This document shows positions 16,294-26,035 of a stretch of 64,000 nt of DNA, in pieces. The stretch covers positions 936 to 64,935 of the forward strand of contig JABZFO010000116.1 in NCBI GenBank assembly GCA_014237405.1, in the 5' to 3' direction. The number at the start of each line of letters is the position of its first letter. Position 1 is the first letter of the stretch. The notes beneath the pieces were generated by a model, which did not search any database, was not told the DNA's origin, and was given only the letters and a program-made list of their open reading frames with translations. The DNA comes from Desulfosarcina sp. (lineage in GTDB: Bacteria; Desulfobacterota; Desulfobacteria; Desulfobacterales; Desulfosarcinaceae). A program made the position numbers and the translations under genes.

Positions 16294-18999
16294 TTAATGT
16301 GCCTCGGCCCAGTTCTGTCCACAGGCCATGTTGACCTTCAAGGGAACGGCCAGGTCCCACACGGTCTCCATCTCCTCCCGGACCAATGCTTTTGCATCGT
16401 CAAGCTCATCGGGCGGCACCTCGAAGATCATTTCATCATGTACGGAAAGCAGCATGGCAGTTTTCATCCGCTTTTTGCCAAGGGTCTGGTCCACGTTGAT
16501 CATGGCCAGCTTGATCAAATCCGCTGCGGTGCCCTGAATGGGGGTGTTGATGGCGGTGCGCTCGGCAAACTGGCGCACGTTGCGGTTGGTGCTGGCGATG
16601 TCCGGCAGCTGCCGGATACGACCCAGCAGCGTGCTGGTCTGACGGGTGTCGTGGGCCGTCTTGATGGTTTTGTCGATAAACGCCTTGACGCCCTGGTAGC
16701 GGGCAAAATAGTGGTCGATATAAGTCCGGGCCATCTTGTTGCTGATCTCCAGCTCCCGCGCCAGGCCATATGCACTCATGCCGTAGATGATGCCGAAGTT
16801 GATGGCCTTGGCCTGCCGCCGCAGGTCGTCGTTGATCATCTGGGGAAAAACCTGAAAGACCTCGGTGGCCGTTCGGGTATGAATGTCCTCGTCATCTCTA
16901 AATGCCTGGATGAGAATCGAATCCTCGGAGCAGTGGGCCAGGATGCGCAGCTCGATCTGGGAGTAATCGGCCGAGAGGAACTGCCAGCCATCCCGGGGCA
17001 CGAAGGCCTTTCGAATCTCCCGTCCCTCTTCGGTACGGATGGGGATGTTCTGCAGGTTGGGGTTACTGCTGCTCAGCCGGCCGGTGGCTGCCACGGTCTG
17101 GTTGAAAGAGGTGTGGATGCGCCCGGTCTCCGGGTGGACCAGCTCCAGCAGAGCATCGGCATAGGTGGACTTGAGCTTGGCCAGGGTCCGGTGGCGCAGC
17201 ACCAGGGCCGGCAGCTCGTGGCTGCGGGCCAGGGTGGTAAGCACCTCCACGTCGGTAGAGTAGCCGGTCTTTTTCTTGGTTTTTTTCTGGACCGGCAGCT
17301 TCAGCTTTTCAAACAGGATACGTCCCAGCTGCTGAGATGAATTGATGTTGAACGTCTCGCCGGCCAGGTCGTGAATCTCCTGTTCGAGGATGTCCAGCTG
17401 GCCGGCAAAGGATTTGGACAGATCACGCAGCCGGTCCTGGTCCACACAGACGCCGGTCATCTCCATCTCCAGCAGCACCGGCAGCAGGGGCATCTCCACC
17501 TGTTTCATCAGATCTGTCAGTCCGTTCTCTTTCAGCAGGGGAACAAACACATCATAGGCGGAAAGGGTGATGTCCGCATCCTCGCAGGCATAAGGGATGG
17601 CCTTTTCAAGGATCACCTGGTCGAAGGTGACGGCATTTTTCCCCTTTCCCGCCACCTCGGCGTAGCTGATGTTCTTGTGGCCCAGGTAGTCCAGGGCGAT
17701 CTGGTCCAGACCGTGGGCCCGCTTGCCCGGGTTGACGAGGTAAGAGGACACCATGGTGTCGAAATTGACACCGGCCAGATCCGCGCCGTGGCGGCGCAGC
17801 ACCATCCAGTCGTATTTGATGTTCTGGCCGATCTTTTCGATATCCGGATTGGTCAGCACCGGCCGCAGGCGGTCCAGGACCACGTTCAGGGGAAGCTGTT
17901 CAGGAGCGCCCAGGTAGTTATGCCCGACCGGTATATACCAGGCCTCGCCGGGTGTGACGGAAAAGGAGAGCCCCACCAGTTGCGCCCGCATGGGATCCTT
18001 GGAAGTGGTTTCCGTATCCAGGGCAAACCGCTTGGATCCTTCCAGACGGCGCACCAGTTCATCCAGGCCATCCGCATCCATGATGCCCCCGTAGTGCCGC
18101 TCGACCGATTGGCCTTGGGTGGCATATTCCTGCTGCAGCTGCCTGAACTCCAGCTCCGCAAAGAGCCGGGTCAGCGCTTCGTCGTCGGGCCCCCGGGTTT
18201 TCAAACGGTTCGGGTCGAATTCGACGGGCACACGCCGGTCGATGGTCACCAGTTCGCGGCTCAACAGGGCCTGTTCCTTGTACTGGATCAGGTTTTCCTT
18301 CTGCTTTTTCTTGGTGATCGTGTCGATGCCGGCGTAAACCCCATCCATGCTGCCGAAGGTATTGATCAGGTCAACGGCCGTCTTCTGGCCGATGCCGGGA
18401 ACGCCGGGAATGTTGTCCGCCGTGTCACCGGAAAGGCCCATCACGTCAATCATCTGCCGGGGCTCCAGGTCGAAGGCCTCGCGGATGGCGGCAGGATCAA
18501 GGATCTTGTCTTTCATGGGGTCCCAGATGATGCAACGCTCGGTGACCAGTTGCATAAAGTCCTTATCTCCCGTGACCATGACCACGCGAAACCCGTTTTT
18601 TTCTGCAAGTTGGGCCAGCGTGCCGATGAGGTCGTCGGCCTCGTACCCCGGCATCTCGAACACGGGGATGTTGAAAGCCTCGGTGACATTTCGAATCCAG
18701 GGCAGCTGCTGAACCAGGTCATCGGGCATGGGCGGCCGGTTGGCCTTGTATGCCGCGTATCGTTCATGGCGGAAGGTGGGGCCTTTGGCGTCGAAAAACA
18801 TGGCCACGTACCCGGGGGACCGGTCCTGCATCAGCTTGATCAGCATGCGGGTAAACCCGAAGGTGGCATTGGTGGGAAGGCCGCTGCTGTTGGACAGGCC
18901 CCGCACCGCATGGTAGGCTCGGTAAATGTATGCGCTGCCGTCGATCAGGTACAGCGCCGGGGTCTCCTTTTCCTGGTTCAGCCCAATTTGCGTTGACAC
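16294..18999 (-). CDS. polA: DNA polymerase I
   Basis: 901 aa. It has a 5'-nuclease N-terminus (LYLIDGSAYIYRAYHA), a 3'-5' exonuclease region (ALDTETTS) and polymerase motifs (DYSQIELRILAH, RRQAKAINFGIIYG, SVHDE). The GTG start has GGGAG upstream. Confidence 0.95.
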   Translation of the reverse strand: MSTQIGLNQEKETPALYLIDGSAYIYRAYHAVRGLSNSSGLPTNATFGFTRMLIKLMQDRSPGYVAMFFDAKGPTFRHERYAAYKANRPPMPDDLVQQLPWIRNVTEAFNIPVFEMPGYEADDLIGTLAQLAEKNGFRVVMVTGDKDFMQLVTERCIIWDPMKDKILDPAAIREAFDLEPRQMIDVMGLSGDTADNIPGVPGIGQKTAVDLINTFGSMDGVYAGIDTITKKKQKENLIQYKEQALLSRELVTIDRRVPVEFDPNRLKTRGPDDEALTRLFAELEFRQLQQEYATQGQSVERHYGGIMDADGLDELVRRLEGSKRFALDTETTSKDPMRAQLVGLSFSVTPGEAWYIPVGHNYLGAPEQLPLNVVLDRLRPVLTNPDIEKIGQNIKYDWMVLRRHGADLAGVNFDTMVSSYLVNPGKRAHGLDQIALDYLGHKNISYAEVAGKGKNAVTFDQVILEKAIPYACEDADITLSAYDVFVPLLKENGLTDLMKQVEMPLLPVLLEMEMTGVCVDQDRLRDLSKSFAGQLDILEQEIHDLAGETFNINSSQQLGRILFEKLKLPVQKKTKKKTGYSTDVEVLTTLARSHELPALVLRHRTLAKLKSTYADALLELVHPETGRIHTSFNQTVAATGRLSSSNPNLQNIPIRTEEGREIRKAFVPRDGWQFLSADYSQIELRILAHCSEDSILIQAFRDDEDIHTRTATEVFQVFPQMINDDLRRQAKAINFGIIYGMSAYGLARELEISNKMARTYIDHYFARYQGVKAFIDKTIKTAHDTRQTSTLLGRIRQLPDIASTNRNVRQFAERTAINTPIQGTAADLIKLAMINVDQTLGKKRMKTAMLLSVHDEMIFEVPPDELDDAKALVREEMETVWDLAVPLKVNMACGQNWAEAH

Positions 19000-19021
19000 G
19001 AAGTTGCTCCCGAATTAGTTA

Positions 19022-19163
19022 GAGCCTGTTTCAAAATGTTGCAGTTCAGTCAAGATCAAGGCGGGCGATCATTTCAACCGGAGGCATACATTGAGTATGT
19101 CGAGGATTGAAATGTGAGCCCAACGCCGATATTGGCCGAAATGGGGCGTTTTGAAATTGGCTC
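19022..19163 (+). repeat. Copy R5, a divergent member of the palindromic element family
   Basis: The termini differ from the main family (GAGCCTGTTTCAAAATG / CGTTTTGAAATTGGCTC). The core is shared: CAAGATCAAGGC ... CCGGAGGCATACATTGAGTATGTCGAGGA, flanked by complementary ATTTCAA/TTGAAAT. It lies directly upstream of the polA start. Confidence 0.7.
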
Positions 19164-19231
19164 GGTATATTGGGCGCATAGTACCATCAACCACCTTAAA
19201 CAACAAGACTTCAGCCTGTTACCGATAAGCG

Positions 19232-19456
19232 ATGAACGACTCCGCAACCCGGCCCGCCCGCCGGTCCCGTCGACGGCAGAAAGGCCCGAAAATCTGCCAC
19301 TGCTGCTCGAAAGAAGTTCCCTTTTGCTGGAGCTGCCGCTGCGGTTTCCTGATCTGCCAGGAGTGCATGTATGAAAATGTGTGGGGTATGTCCTGCAACC
19401 ACATCACCTGGCAGTGCCCGGACTGCGGCGGCCAGAACGGGTTCGGGAACCAGTAG
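19232..19456 (+). CDS. Small Cys-rich (11 Cys) zinc-finger-like protein, 74 aa
   Basis: Reads MNDSATRPARRSRRRQKGPKICHCCSKEVPFCWSCRCGFLICQECMYENVWGMSCNHITWQCPDCGGQNGFGNQ. It has CxxC pairs and a basic N-terminus. Third codon positions are GC-rich, like neighbouring genes. Its TAG stop abuts the ATG of the next gene (TAGATG). Confidence 0.55.
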   Translation: MNDSATRPARRSRRRQKGPKICHCCSKEVPFCWSCRCGFLICQECMYENVWGMSCNHITWQCPDCGGQNGFGNQ

Positions 19457-20374
19457 ATGCAGACTCGACACCTGAAATCCGACCTGCTGTTCCTGCTCAG
19501 CGCCACCATCTGGGGCTTTGCCTTCGTGGCCCAACGCATGGGCATGGATCACGTGGGGCCGTTTACCTTCAACGGCATCCGCTTTTTCCTCGGAGCCATG
19601 GTGCTGGTTCCATTTATTTACAGCAACCGAAAAAATCAGCCCCGAAAACATGACGGCAGCAGCCAGATCCATACCAAAAGATTGATTCTTTACGGCAGCC
19701 TGGCAGGGCTGACCATCTTCGGCGGCGCCTCCCTCCAGCAGGTAGGGCTGGTCTACACCACAGCCGGAAAAGCGGGATTCATCACCTGCCTGTATGTGGT
19801 GATCGTCCCCATCATGGGGCTGTTGTGGGGCCAGCGCACCAACGCGGGCACCTGGGCCGGCGCATTGATGGCGGCCACCGGCATGTACCTGCTCAGTGTC
19901 AACGAAGACTTCACCATCTCCTTTGGGGATCTGTTGGAATTGATGGGGGCGGTGCTCTGGGCCTGCCACATCCATCTGATCGGCTGGCTCTCTCCCAAAA
20001 CCGATTCCCTGCAACTGGCTTTCGTCCAGTTCATGGTGTGCGCCGCGGCCAGTCTGGTGACGGCTGTGGTTATCGAAACCGCCGGCGTAGCCGATATTGC
20101 CGCCGCCGCCCTGCCGATCATCTACGGTGGTGCCCTTTCCGTGGGGGTGGCCTATACCCTCCAGGTGGTAGCCCAACGCCATGCCCACCCGGCCCATGCC
20201 GCCATCCTGCTTAGCCTGGAGGCGGTGTTCGCCGCCGTGGGCGGATGGCTGATCCTGGGAGAAGTGATGTCAGACAGGGGAATGGTGGGATGTTTCCTGA
20301 TGTTTACGGGGATGCTGGTGTCCCAGCTTTACGGATTGGTGTCAAAAAGTGGGCGGGAAGCCGGTCTTCCTTAG
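19457..20374 (+). CDS. DMT superfamily (EamA-like) transporter
   Basis: 305 aa with ten hydrophobic segments in two EamA-type halves (LLFLLSATIWGFAFVAQR...). Confidence 0.8.
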   Translation: MQTRHLKSDLLFLLSATIWGFAFVAQRMGMDHVGPFTFNGIRFFLGAMVLVPFIYSNRKNQPRKHDGSSQIHTKRLILYGSLAGLTIFGGASLQQVGLVYTTAGKAGFITCLYVVIVPIMGLLWGQRTNAGTWAGALMAATGMYLLSVNEDFTISFGDLLELMGAVLWACHIHLIGWLSPKTDSLQLAFVQFMVCAAASLVTAVVIETAGVADIAAAALPIIYGGALSVGVAYTLQVVAQRHAHPAHAAILLSLEAVFAAVGGWLILGEVMSDRGMVGCFLMFTGMLVSQLYGLVSKSGREAGLP

Positions 20375-20447
20375 GGCGATATTCAGCGATCGCCCCACCG
20401 CTTCGGCGCTGCAGGGCCGCCCGCTTTTTTCGCTTTACTTGCGTCGA

Positions 20448-21101
20448 TCAGTCGATCGCGCTGCATATCGCTGCTGCAGCCGATTCAACGGAGAGTGTCC
20501 CCGTATTCAAAATCATATCATAATTCGCCGGATCGCGGATGTCACTATGAAAGTACTTCCTCACAAAGGCCTGGCGGTCGGATTCGGTGCGCAGCACCCG
20601 AAGTTTGGCTTCCTTTTTAGGAACGCCATGGGTTTCCGCCACGCGATTCACCCGCAGTTTCAACGGGGCGATGATCCGCACCCGGAACCGGTTTTCCGGC
20701 GGAAGAACAAAATTGGCACCCCTCCCAACGATAATGGCCTTTCCGTGCCGACCGATGGTGCCAATGACCTGCATCAGCGACCGGGAAACCATATCCGGCC
20801 AAAGATGCCGCTCGCTGATGGCGGCCGACACCCAGTCTTCTATCATGGACACACCTATTTCATCCAGCGTCCGAATGACTCTGGTACTGGTATCGGCATT
20901 CTCGGCCATGGCATTAATGATCTCCTGGTGAAAGAGTTCCAGGTCAAGCCGGTCGGCCACGGCCTTTGCCACCAGCTTGCCCCCACTGCCGGGTTCCCTG
21001 GACAGGGTGATCACCGGCAGGGTCTTCTCCTCACGTTTTTCCTTCCTGAGGATCTCCCAGCGCCGCACCTGTTCTTCGATGAGTTGATTAATGGATTTCA
21101 T
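20448..21101 (-). CDS. Cytidylate kinase-like family protein (AAA/P-loop)
   Basis: Contains ITLSREPGSGGKLVAKAVADRLDLELF, typical of the cytidylate-kinase-like family. ATG 21101 is preceded by AAAGGAGG. Confidence 0.7.
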   Translation of the reverse strand: MKSINQLIEEQVRRWEILRKEKREEKTLPVITLSREPGSGGKLVAKAVADRLDLELFHQEIINAMAENADTSTRVIRTLDEIGVSMIEDWVSAAISERHLWPDMVSRSLMQVIGTIGRHGKAIIVGRGANFVLPPENRFRVRIIAPLKLRVNRVAETHGVPKKEAKLRVLRTESDRQAFVRKYFHSDIRDPANYDMILNTGTLSVESAAAAICSAID

Positions 21102-21392
21102 GGCGCCTCCTTTTGGTTGTGGGTTAACGCCGGTCTTCATTTTGCCCGATGGCAGCGATTCACGATGAGCAGCGATGGGATCACTGAAACCGCTACGGGG
21201 TGCGCGAAAGAGGTCGAAGGATCATTCGTCAAACAAGAAGATGCCACGTGGAACGTCGGGTAGAATGAGACAGGGGAAAAAAACTATTGCCGTAAATTCA
21301 CCGGGCAAATTGCCTGTCACTGAAAAAAGTGTATTCAACAATGAGTTTCATGTCAAGTATGCGGTCGTTCAATGATGTTTATGCCGGGCCGG

Positions 21393-22001
21393 CTATTGGA
21401 TACGTTGAACCAGTCTCCGGCTCACTTCGTCCAGGAAGCCGAAGAAAAAGTGGTCGGCACCTTCGATGATGTCAATACGGGCATCGGGATTCCAGTGGCC
21501 CATCAACGGGCGGATCAGGTCCGGTGGGGCAAATTCATCACGGCTACCCGCCACCACCGCCGAAAGCATCGGCAGGCGAATCCCGTCATTGAAATCGATG
21601 AATGCAACCGGTGGCGCCACCATGGTCAACCCCTGCACCGACAGTGCTCCCTGCAGCGCCATGGCGTTGACCCAGGCGCCGAAGGAGTATCCGGAAAGGT
21701 GGATCTCCTGAAGGCCCTCACCTTTCAGAAAATCTACAGCGCCAGCCACATCTGCCTGTTCTCCAATTCCCTGGTCGTAACTGCCGGTGCTTCTTCCCGT
21801 TCCCCTGAAGTTAAACCGAAGCGTGGCAAACCCGCTTTTCTGATAAGCGGCGACGATGGCCTCCACCACCGGGTTGAACATATCGCCGCCGTAAAGCGGG
21901 TGTGGATGGGTGATAACCGCACCCTTTATGGGTTTGTCACAGTGGTATAAGCCTTCCATTCCCCATTCACCGGATTGGAAGCGGATTTTGTCTTCTCTCA
22001 C
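21393..22001 (-). CDS. Alpha/beta hydrolase (short, single-domain)
   Basis: 202 aa with HPHPLYGGDM and the nucleophile elbow GYSFGAW. It uses a GTG start. Confidence 0.65.
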   Translation of the reverse strand: MREDKIRFQSGEWGMEGLYHCDKPIKGAVITHPHPLYGGDMFNPVVEAIVAAYQKSGFATLRFNFRGTGRSTGSYDQGIGEQADVAGAVDFLKGEGLQEIHLSGYSFGAWVNAMALQGALSVQGLTMVAPPVAFIDFNDGIRLPMLSAVVAGSRDEFAPPDLIRPLMGHWNPDARIDIIEGADHFFFGFLDEVSRRLVQRIQ

Positions 22002-22031
22002 GGATCGCCTCTATAAGGGCCTCGGCAAAAA

Positions 22032-24320
22032 TCACGGCTTGGTGAACTTCCTGGCGAGGTCATTGTCGATGACGTAAATGCAAACCGCCTTGGCACCGTG
22101 TTCGGTATACCGGTAGCGTTTCATGAGGTTGTCCAAGAGAAACGTGACATCATTTCGGATCTTTTTGTCATATGTCTTGAAACCTTCTTTGGCGTAGTTC
22201 TTGATTGCCCGTCTGAAATTTACATTTTCCAGGAAGGGATCCAGCACCTTTTCCTTCAGGTTATAGACGTAGCGGTCCTTCAGCGATTGAAACAGGCGGG
22301 TTTCCGTGGGAGGTGTGCCGGCCACCATGATCTCCTGGGTGAGAGTTCTGGAGGTGTACTCCTTCTGGGCATCCTTCCTGAAATTCAAAAGTTTGCTCTT
22401 TTCCACCTTTTCACCCAGCATGCGCCGCTCAAATCCGTCCAGCAACTCTTCGGTGATGTGGACTTTCTCGCCGGTGAACTTGCAGGCTTCAACGGTTCCC
22501 GGTTCGAAATTGACTGCGAACATGTAATGCAGGATTTCCCGGTGAATCTGATCCTCGTTGTAATAGTATAAGGACTCTTTCACCTCCTGGAGAATGGTGA
22601 AATCGTACAGCAGCAGCAGTGAATTTAAAAAACCCTCCGGGATGGAGGCTTTCAGGTCTTTCTGACCATGGAAGAATTTGCAGAGCATGGACATGTCGAT
22701 CAATGCATCGGATTTGGCATAGATCGCGTAAAAAGTGTTGAAGATCTTGAGGGAATCTCGCCCCGATATTCCCTGACGGCCCTCACTCTCCGACTCACCG
22801 ATGATCCGCCGCCGCCGTTTGGCGGTGAGGGCCTTGCGGTCCTCTTCCGACAGCCACTCGGGAATATAGCCGGTATAGATTTCCATCTTGAGCAGTTGGA
22901 GATTCTTGTCGCAGTAACGGCTGTATTTTTCCGGCTCTGGGATCCACTCGAGCATGGCTTCGGAGCGCAGGCTCAACCGGGAAGAGATGATGACCCGGGC
23001 AAAGTTGTGCAACACCCGGGGCAGAAAACTGTCGTCGATGTATGATCCGAAGATGTTGCGATAGATCTCCACCTCGGTGTTCAGGTCCAGGACGTAGGGG
23101 ATGTTGATGTAAACGATACGGTCGGAAAATGACTGGAAGTCCTTGATGTTCTTCTTGTCTTCCGGATTCATCAGAGCCAGGAACAGGGAACTGACATTCT
23201 CCTCGATGTCCTCGACTTTGTGCACGCCTTCGCTGATGATGTTGTGAAGCTCGATAAGGCGTTCGATATTGTGGGACTTGATGTCCATCAGGGCATAGAC
23301 GCCGTTGTTGGTCTTGGCGTACCTGGAATAGATGTAGCGGACCTGGTTACTGTCGGAAAAAAGCCGGTTGATCTGCCGCTGAAGGTACTCGTTGGACAGG
23401 ATGATTTCCTTGATGGGGCGATCCCCGGGCGTAAACACGCTGATGCCCCTTCCCAGCCGGCGGTTGAACGTGTAAGGAACGGCGTGGACCATTTCGAATA
23501 CTTTTGCCGGGCTCTTCAGCCGAGTCAGCAGGGCCTCGTACAGGGAGCCGCAGATGGTGCAGGGGACATCGTAAAAAATCCACTCGAACGCCTTGTCGGT
23601 AAAAAGGGTGTATTTAAATTCGTTGTTATCGAACAGGTTGTCGAGAAATTGCCGCCGCTGGGCCTTGGGAATCAACAGCAGCGGATTGTCATGGCAGGGG
23701 CAGGGAACCTCCACAAAATAGCTATCCGTGTCGGGCCGGGCCATGGCCTGAACGGTCTCAAACTGCTTCTGGTCCGGATTTTGCTGCCTCTGGAAAAGGC
23801 TCTCTATAATGGAAGTGGTATCGTTGCCACCTTCGTGGGCCAGTTGCCTTCGATCCAGACGCCACACCGTCTCGTAACGGGTTCCCGCTTCTGTATTGGC
23901 GTACTCTTCGAAACACTTCAACAAATTGTTCAAAAAGGTGCTCTTACCGCAGCCGTGGGGACCGTCGAAGATATAAATCTTGTTCTGTTGGGCGCCGCTT
24001 CGCAGGGCCTCCACATGGTTGACCAGCCGATTGGCAAAAAGACGGTCCGCAAAAAAGGGGTGGTCCGCCCCTTCCACAAGCAGCTTACTGCAATCATAGC
24101 TCACATACTGAATGGACTCCGGATCGTTGGGATATTCATCCACCCCTTCACCCACGTGTGTTTTGAATAGATCGTGAAACAGCTGAAACACGTTCCGAAT
24201 GGTGCCGGTGGGGTTGTCGAGGACCACTTTGAGAAATTCCTCGAAGGGGATGGGTTTGCGATGGCCCGATCCATCGGCGCCAATATCGATATGCCGCATG
24301 GCTTTTTTAATGTGGTCCAT
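22032..24320 (-). CDS. PrkA-like P-loop protein (second, divergent PrkA/YeaG-family paralog, 762 aa)
   Basis: Walker A FDGPHGCGKSTFLNNLL and a large C-terminal domain. It is the last gene in the same strand block as prkA, yeaH and spoVR. Confidence 0.6.
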   Translation of the reverse strand: MDHIKKAMRHIDIGADGSGHRKPIPFEEFLKVVLDNPTGTIRNVFQLFHDLFKTHVGEGVDEYPNDPESIQYVSYDCSKLLVEGADHPFFADRLFANRLVNHVEALRSGAQQNKIYIFDGPHGCGKSTFLNNLLKCFEEYANTEAGTRYETVWRLDRRQLAHEGGNDTTSIIESLFQRQQNPDQKQFETVQAMARPDTDSYFVEVPCPCHDNPLLLIPKAQRRQFLDNLFDNNEFKYTLFTDKAFEWIFYDVPCTICGSLYEALLTRLKSPAKVFEMVHAVPYTFNRRLGRGISVFTPGDRPIKEIILSNEYLQRQINRLFSDSNQVRYIYSRYAKTNNGVYALMDIKSHNIERLIELHNIISEGVHKVEDIEENVSSLFLALMNPEDKKNIKDFQSFSDRIVYINIPYVLDLNTEVEIYRNIFGSYIDDSFLPRVLHNFARVIISSRLSLRSEAMLEWIPEPEKYSRYCDKNLQLLKMEIYTGYIPEWLSEEDRKALTAKRRRRIIGESESEGRQGISGRDSLKIFNTFYAIYAKSDALIDMSMLCKFFHGQKDLKASIPEGFLNSLLLLYDFTILQEVKESLYYYNEDQIHREILHYMFAVNFEPGTVEACKFTGEKVHITEELLDGFERRMLGEKVEKSKLLNFRKDAQKEYTSRTLTQEIMVAGTPPTETRLFQSLKDRYVYNLKEKVLDPFLENVNFRRAIKNYAKEGFKTYDKKIRNDVTFLLDNLMKRYRYTEHGAKAVCIYVIDNDLARKFTKP

Positions 24321-24368
24321 ATGCTGCCTTATCCGACCGATGGATTGTTCGGTACCGGTCCGTGACCT

Positions 24369-26021
24369 TTAAAGGATATTCTTGCTCAGCTTTCGGTCTT
24401 TCATGGTGTATAGCACCCGCTGCCATTTCAGATCCCGCAATTTGGGTGCATCGGTCTGCGGTGTTGGAAGCCCGGGTATGGCGGGCATTATTGGCGCCTG
24501 TGGCGTCGCTGCCACCTCCATGGTTTCCAACTGCACCGGACCGCCCCACAGGTATTCAATGCCCAGCATGGTGTTGGGAATGTATTCGGCCAGCAGCGGT
24601 TTGCCCTCGAACCGATGGATCAGGTAAAGGGATTTTTCTTTGGTTTTTTCCAGATCGACCTCGATGTGCGGCGGATGGTACAGGGATGCCATGAGCATTT
24701 CCCGGTAATCTTCAGCGCTTCGGCTTTTGACGTAATACTCCCAGACCATTTTTTTTTCATTGAGCCGCCTACCGGCCACGAAGAGCTTGTTGGCAGTCAC
24801 GAAGTCCTGATCCACGTAGTTGTGGATGAAGGTGAAGTCCGAAAAATTTTCACGCACCTTGAAGATGAAATCCTGACCCTGCCCGGTTCTGACATCGTAT
24901 TCTTTTCGCCTGCTGGCGTCAGCCTCATGCTGATAATCCCAGGAAATCCGTCCCCTTTCGGCCATCTCCTCTATGAAGTAAAACAGGCGCATCCCCAAGG
25001 CATAGGGGTTGAGTCCCACCCGGGGCATTGTTGTGACCCCGGCGTTGACCCGGGCAAAGTCCACCTCGTGCCCCTTGATGCGATCATCTTTCATGTACAG
25101 GTTTTCATGCCAGTAGGAAGCCCACCCTTCGTTCATGATCTTGGTGCGGATCTGGGGCTGAAAAAAAAGCGCCGTTTTTCGAACGACCTGGATCACCATC
25201 AGCATCCACTGGTTCTCTTCCCGGCGAAGCATCTTGGAGTTTTCCATGATGAATTCCAGCAGGTCCTGGGGCTTTTGCTTTTTCGCTTCCTTGTGCTTTT
25301 TAAACAGGCTTCCCAGCTCCGGATGACGTTTTTCGATCCGTGAGAAAAAGCGCTGCTCGCCCATAACCGGATCTTCCTTTATAGCCGCGTTGTATCGTTC
25401 CAGTTCTTTGATGTATTTACTGATGTTGGCTTTGGCGATATCCTGCAGGTAGACGTCGAAATAATAATCCACCTTATCCGAGATACCTGGATCCGGCGCT
25501 GAAAAGATCTTTGACAATAGCCCGTGATATCCCACCAGATTGTCGATGCCACGGGCGAACTCGATCACATAGTCCACCCAGCGTCCCTGTTCGGCACGAA
25601 GCCTGGCGATGGCGCGCTTGTCCGACAGCGCCTCACCGTTGAAGTCGTAATCCCAGGTATGGCGGAAATAGAGGTTGTTCTGGAAAAAATCGATGTGGCC
25701 AATGACATGATAGAAGATCATCACGTTCAGCCAATCCGGGTTGTTATCGTTGTAAAATGAGATGGCCGGTCGGGTGTTGATGACTGTCTCGTATGGATTC
25801 CCCGGGTACAGTTCATATTTGCCCTTTTCCTTGAGCACCTCCACATCGTGCACCCAGTAATCGTAGAGGGTGGGAATCATGACCTTGGGAGAGAGTTCGA
25901 TGAGATCCCGGTTGGTGACAATATACTCCAGGCTTTCGTCTTGGAAACTCAGACCGGCGTCACGGGCCCGCAGCTTGCATCCTTCCATGATCGTTTTGGT
26001 ATGCTGGTCGATCAGTTCCAT
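24369..26021 (-). CDS. SpoVR/YcgB family protein
   Basis: 550 aa, with WLNVMIFYHVIGHIDFFQNN and NEGWASYWH blocks characteristic of SpoVR/YcgB. Confidence 0.85.
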   Translation of the reverse strand: MELIDQHTKTIMEGCKLRARDAGLSFQDESLEYIVTNRDLIELSPKVMIPTLYDYWVHDVEVLKEKGKYELYPGNPYETVINTRPAISFYNDNNPDWLNVMIFYHVIGHIDFFQNNLYFRHTWDYDFNGEALSDKRAIARLRAEQGRWVDYVIEFARGIDNLVGYHGLLSKIFSAPDPGISDKVDYYFDVYLQDIAKANISKYIKELERYNAAIKEDPVMGEQRFFSRIEKRHPELGSLFKKHKEAKKQKPQDLLEFIMENSKMLRREENQWMLMVIQVVRKTALFFQPQIRTKIMNEGWASYWHENLYMKDDRIKGHEVDFARVNAGVTTMPRVGLNPYALGMRLFYFIEEMAERGRISWDYQHEADASRRKEYDVRTGQGQDFIFKVRENFSDFTFIHNYVDQDFVTANKLFVAGRRLNEKKMVWEYYVKSRSAEDYREMLMASLYHPPHIEVDLEKTKEKSLYLIHRFEGKPLLAEYIPNTMLGIEYLWGGPVQLETMEVAATPQAPIMPAIPGLPTPQTDAPKLRDLKWQRVLYTMKDRKLSKNIL

Positions 26022-26035
26022 TGGTTTCTGCCCTT

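Noticed and set aside
16297-18996. Two long plus-strand ORFs (347 and 541 aa) opposite polA
   Set aside because: They are antisense shadow ORFs. polA on the minus strand has all polymerase I motifs and accounts for the open frames.
19211-21263. Long ORFs antisense to the DMT transporter (19211-20197, minus strand) and to the cytidylate-kinase-like gene (20349-21263, plus strand)
   Set aside because: Their composition is typical of GC-rich antisense frames (Gly/Ala/His/Arg-rich). The sense-strand genes have clear family signatures.
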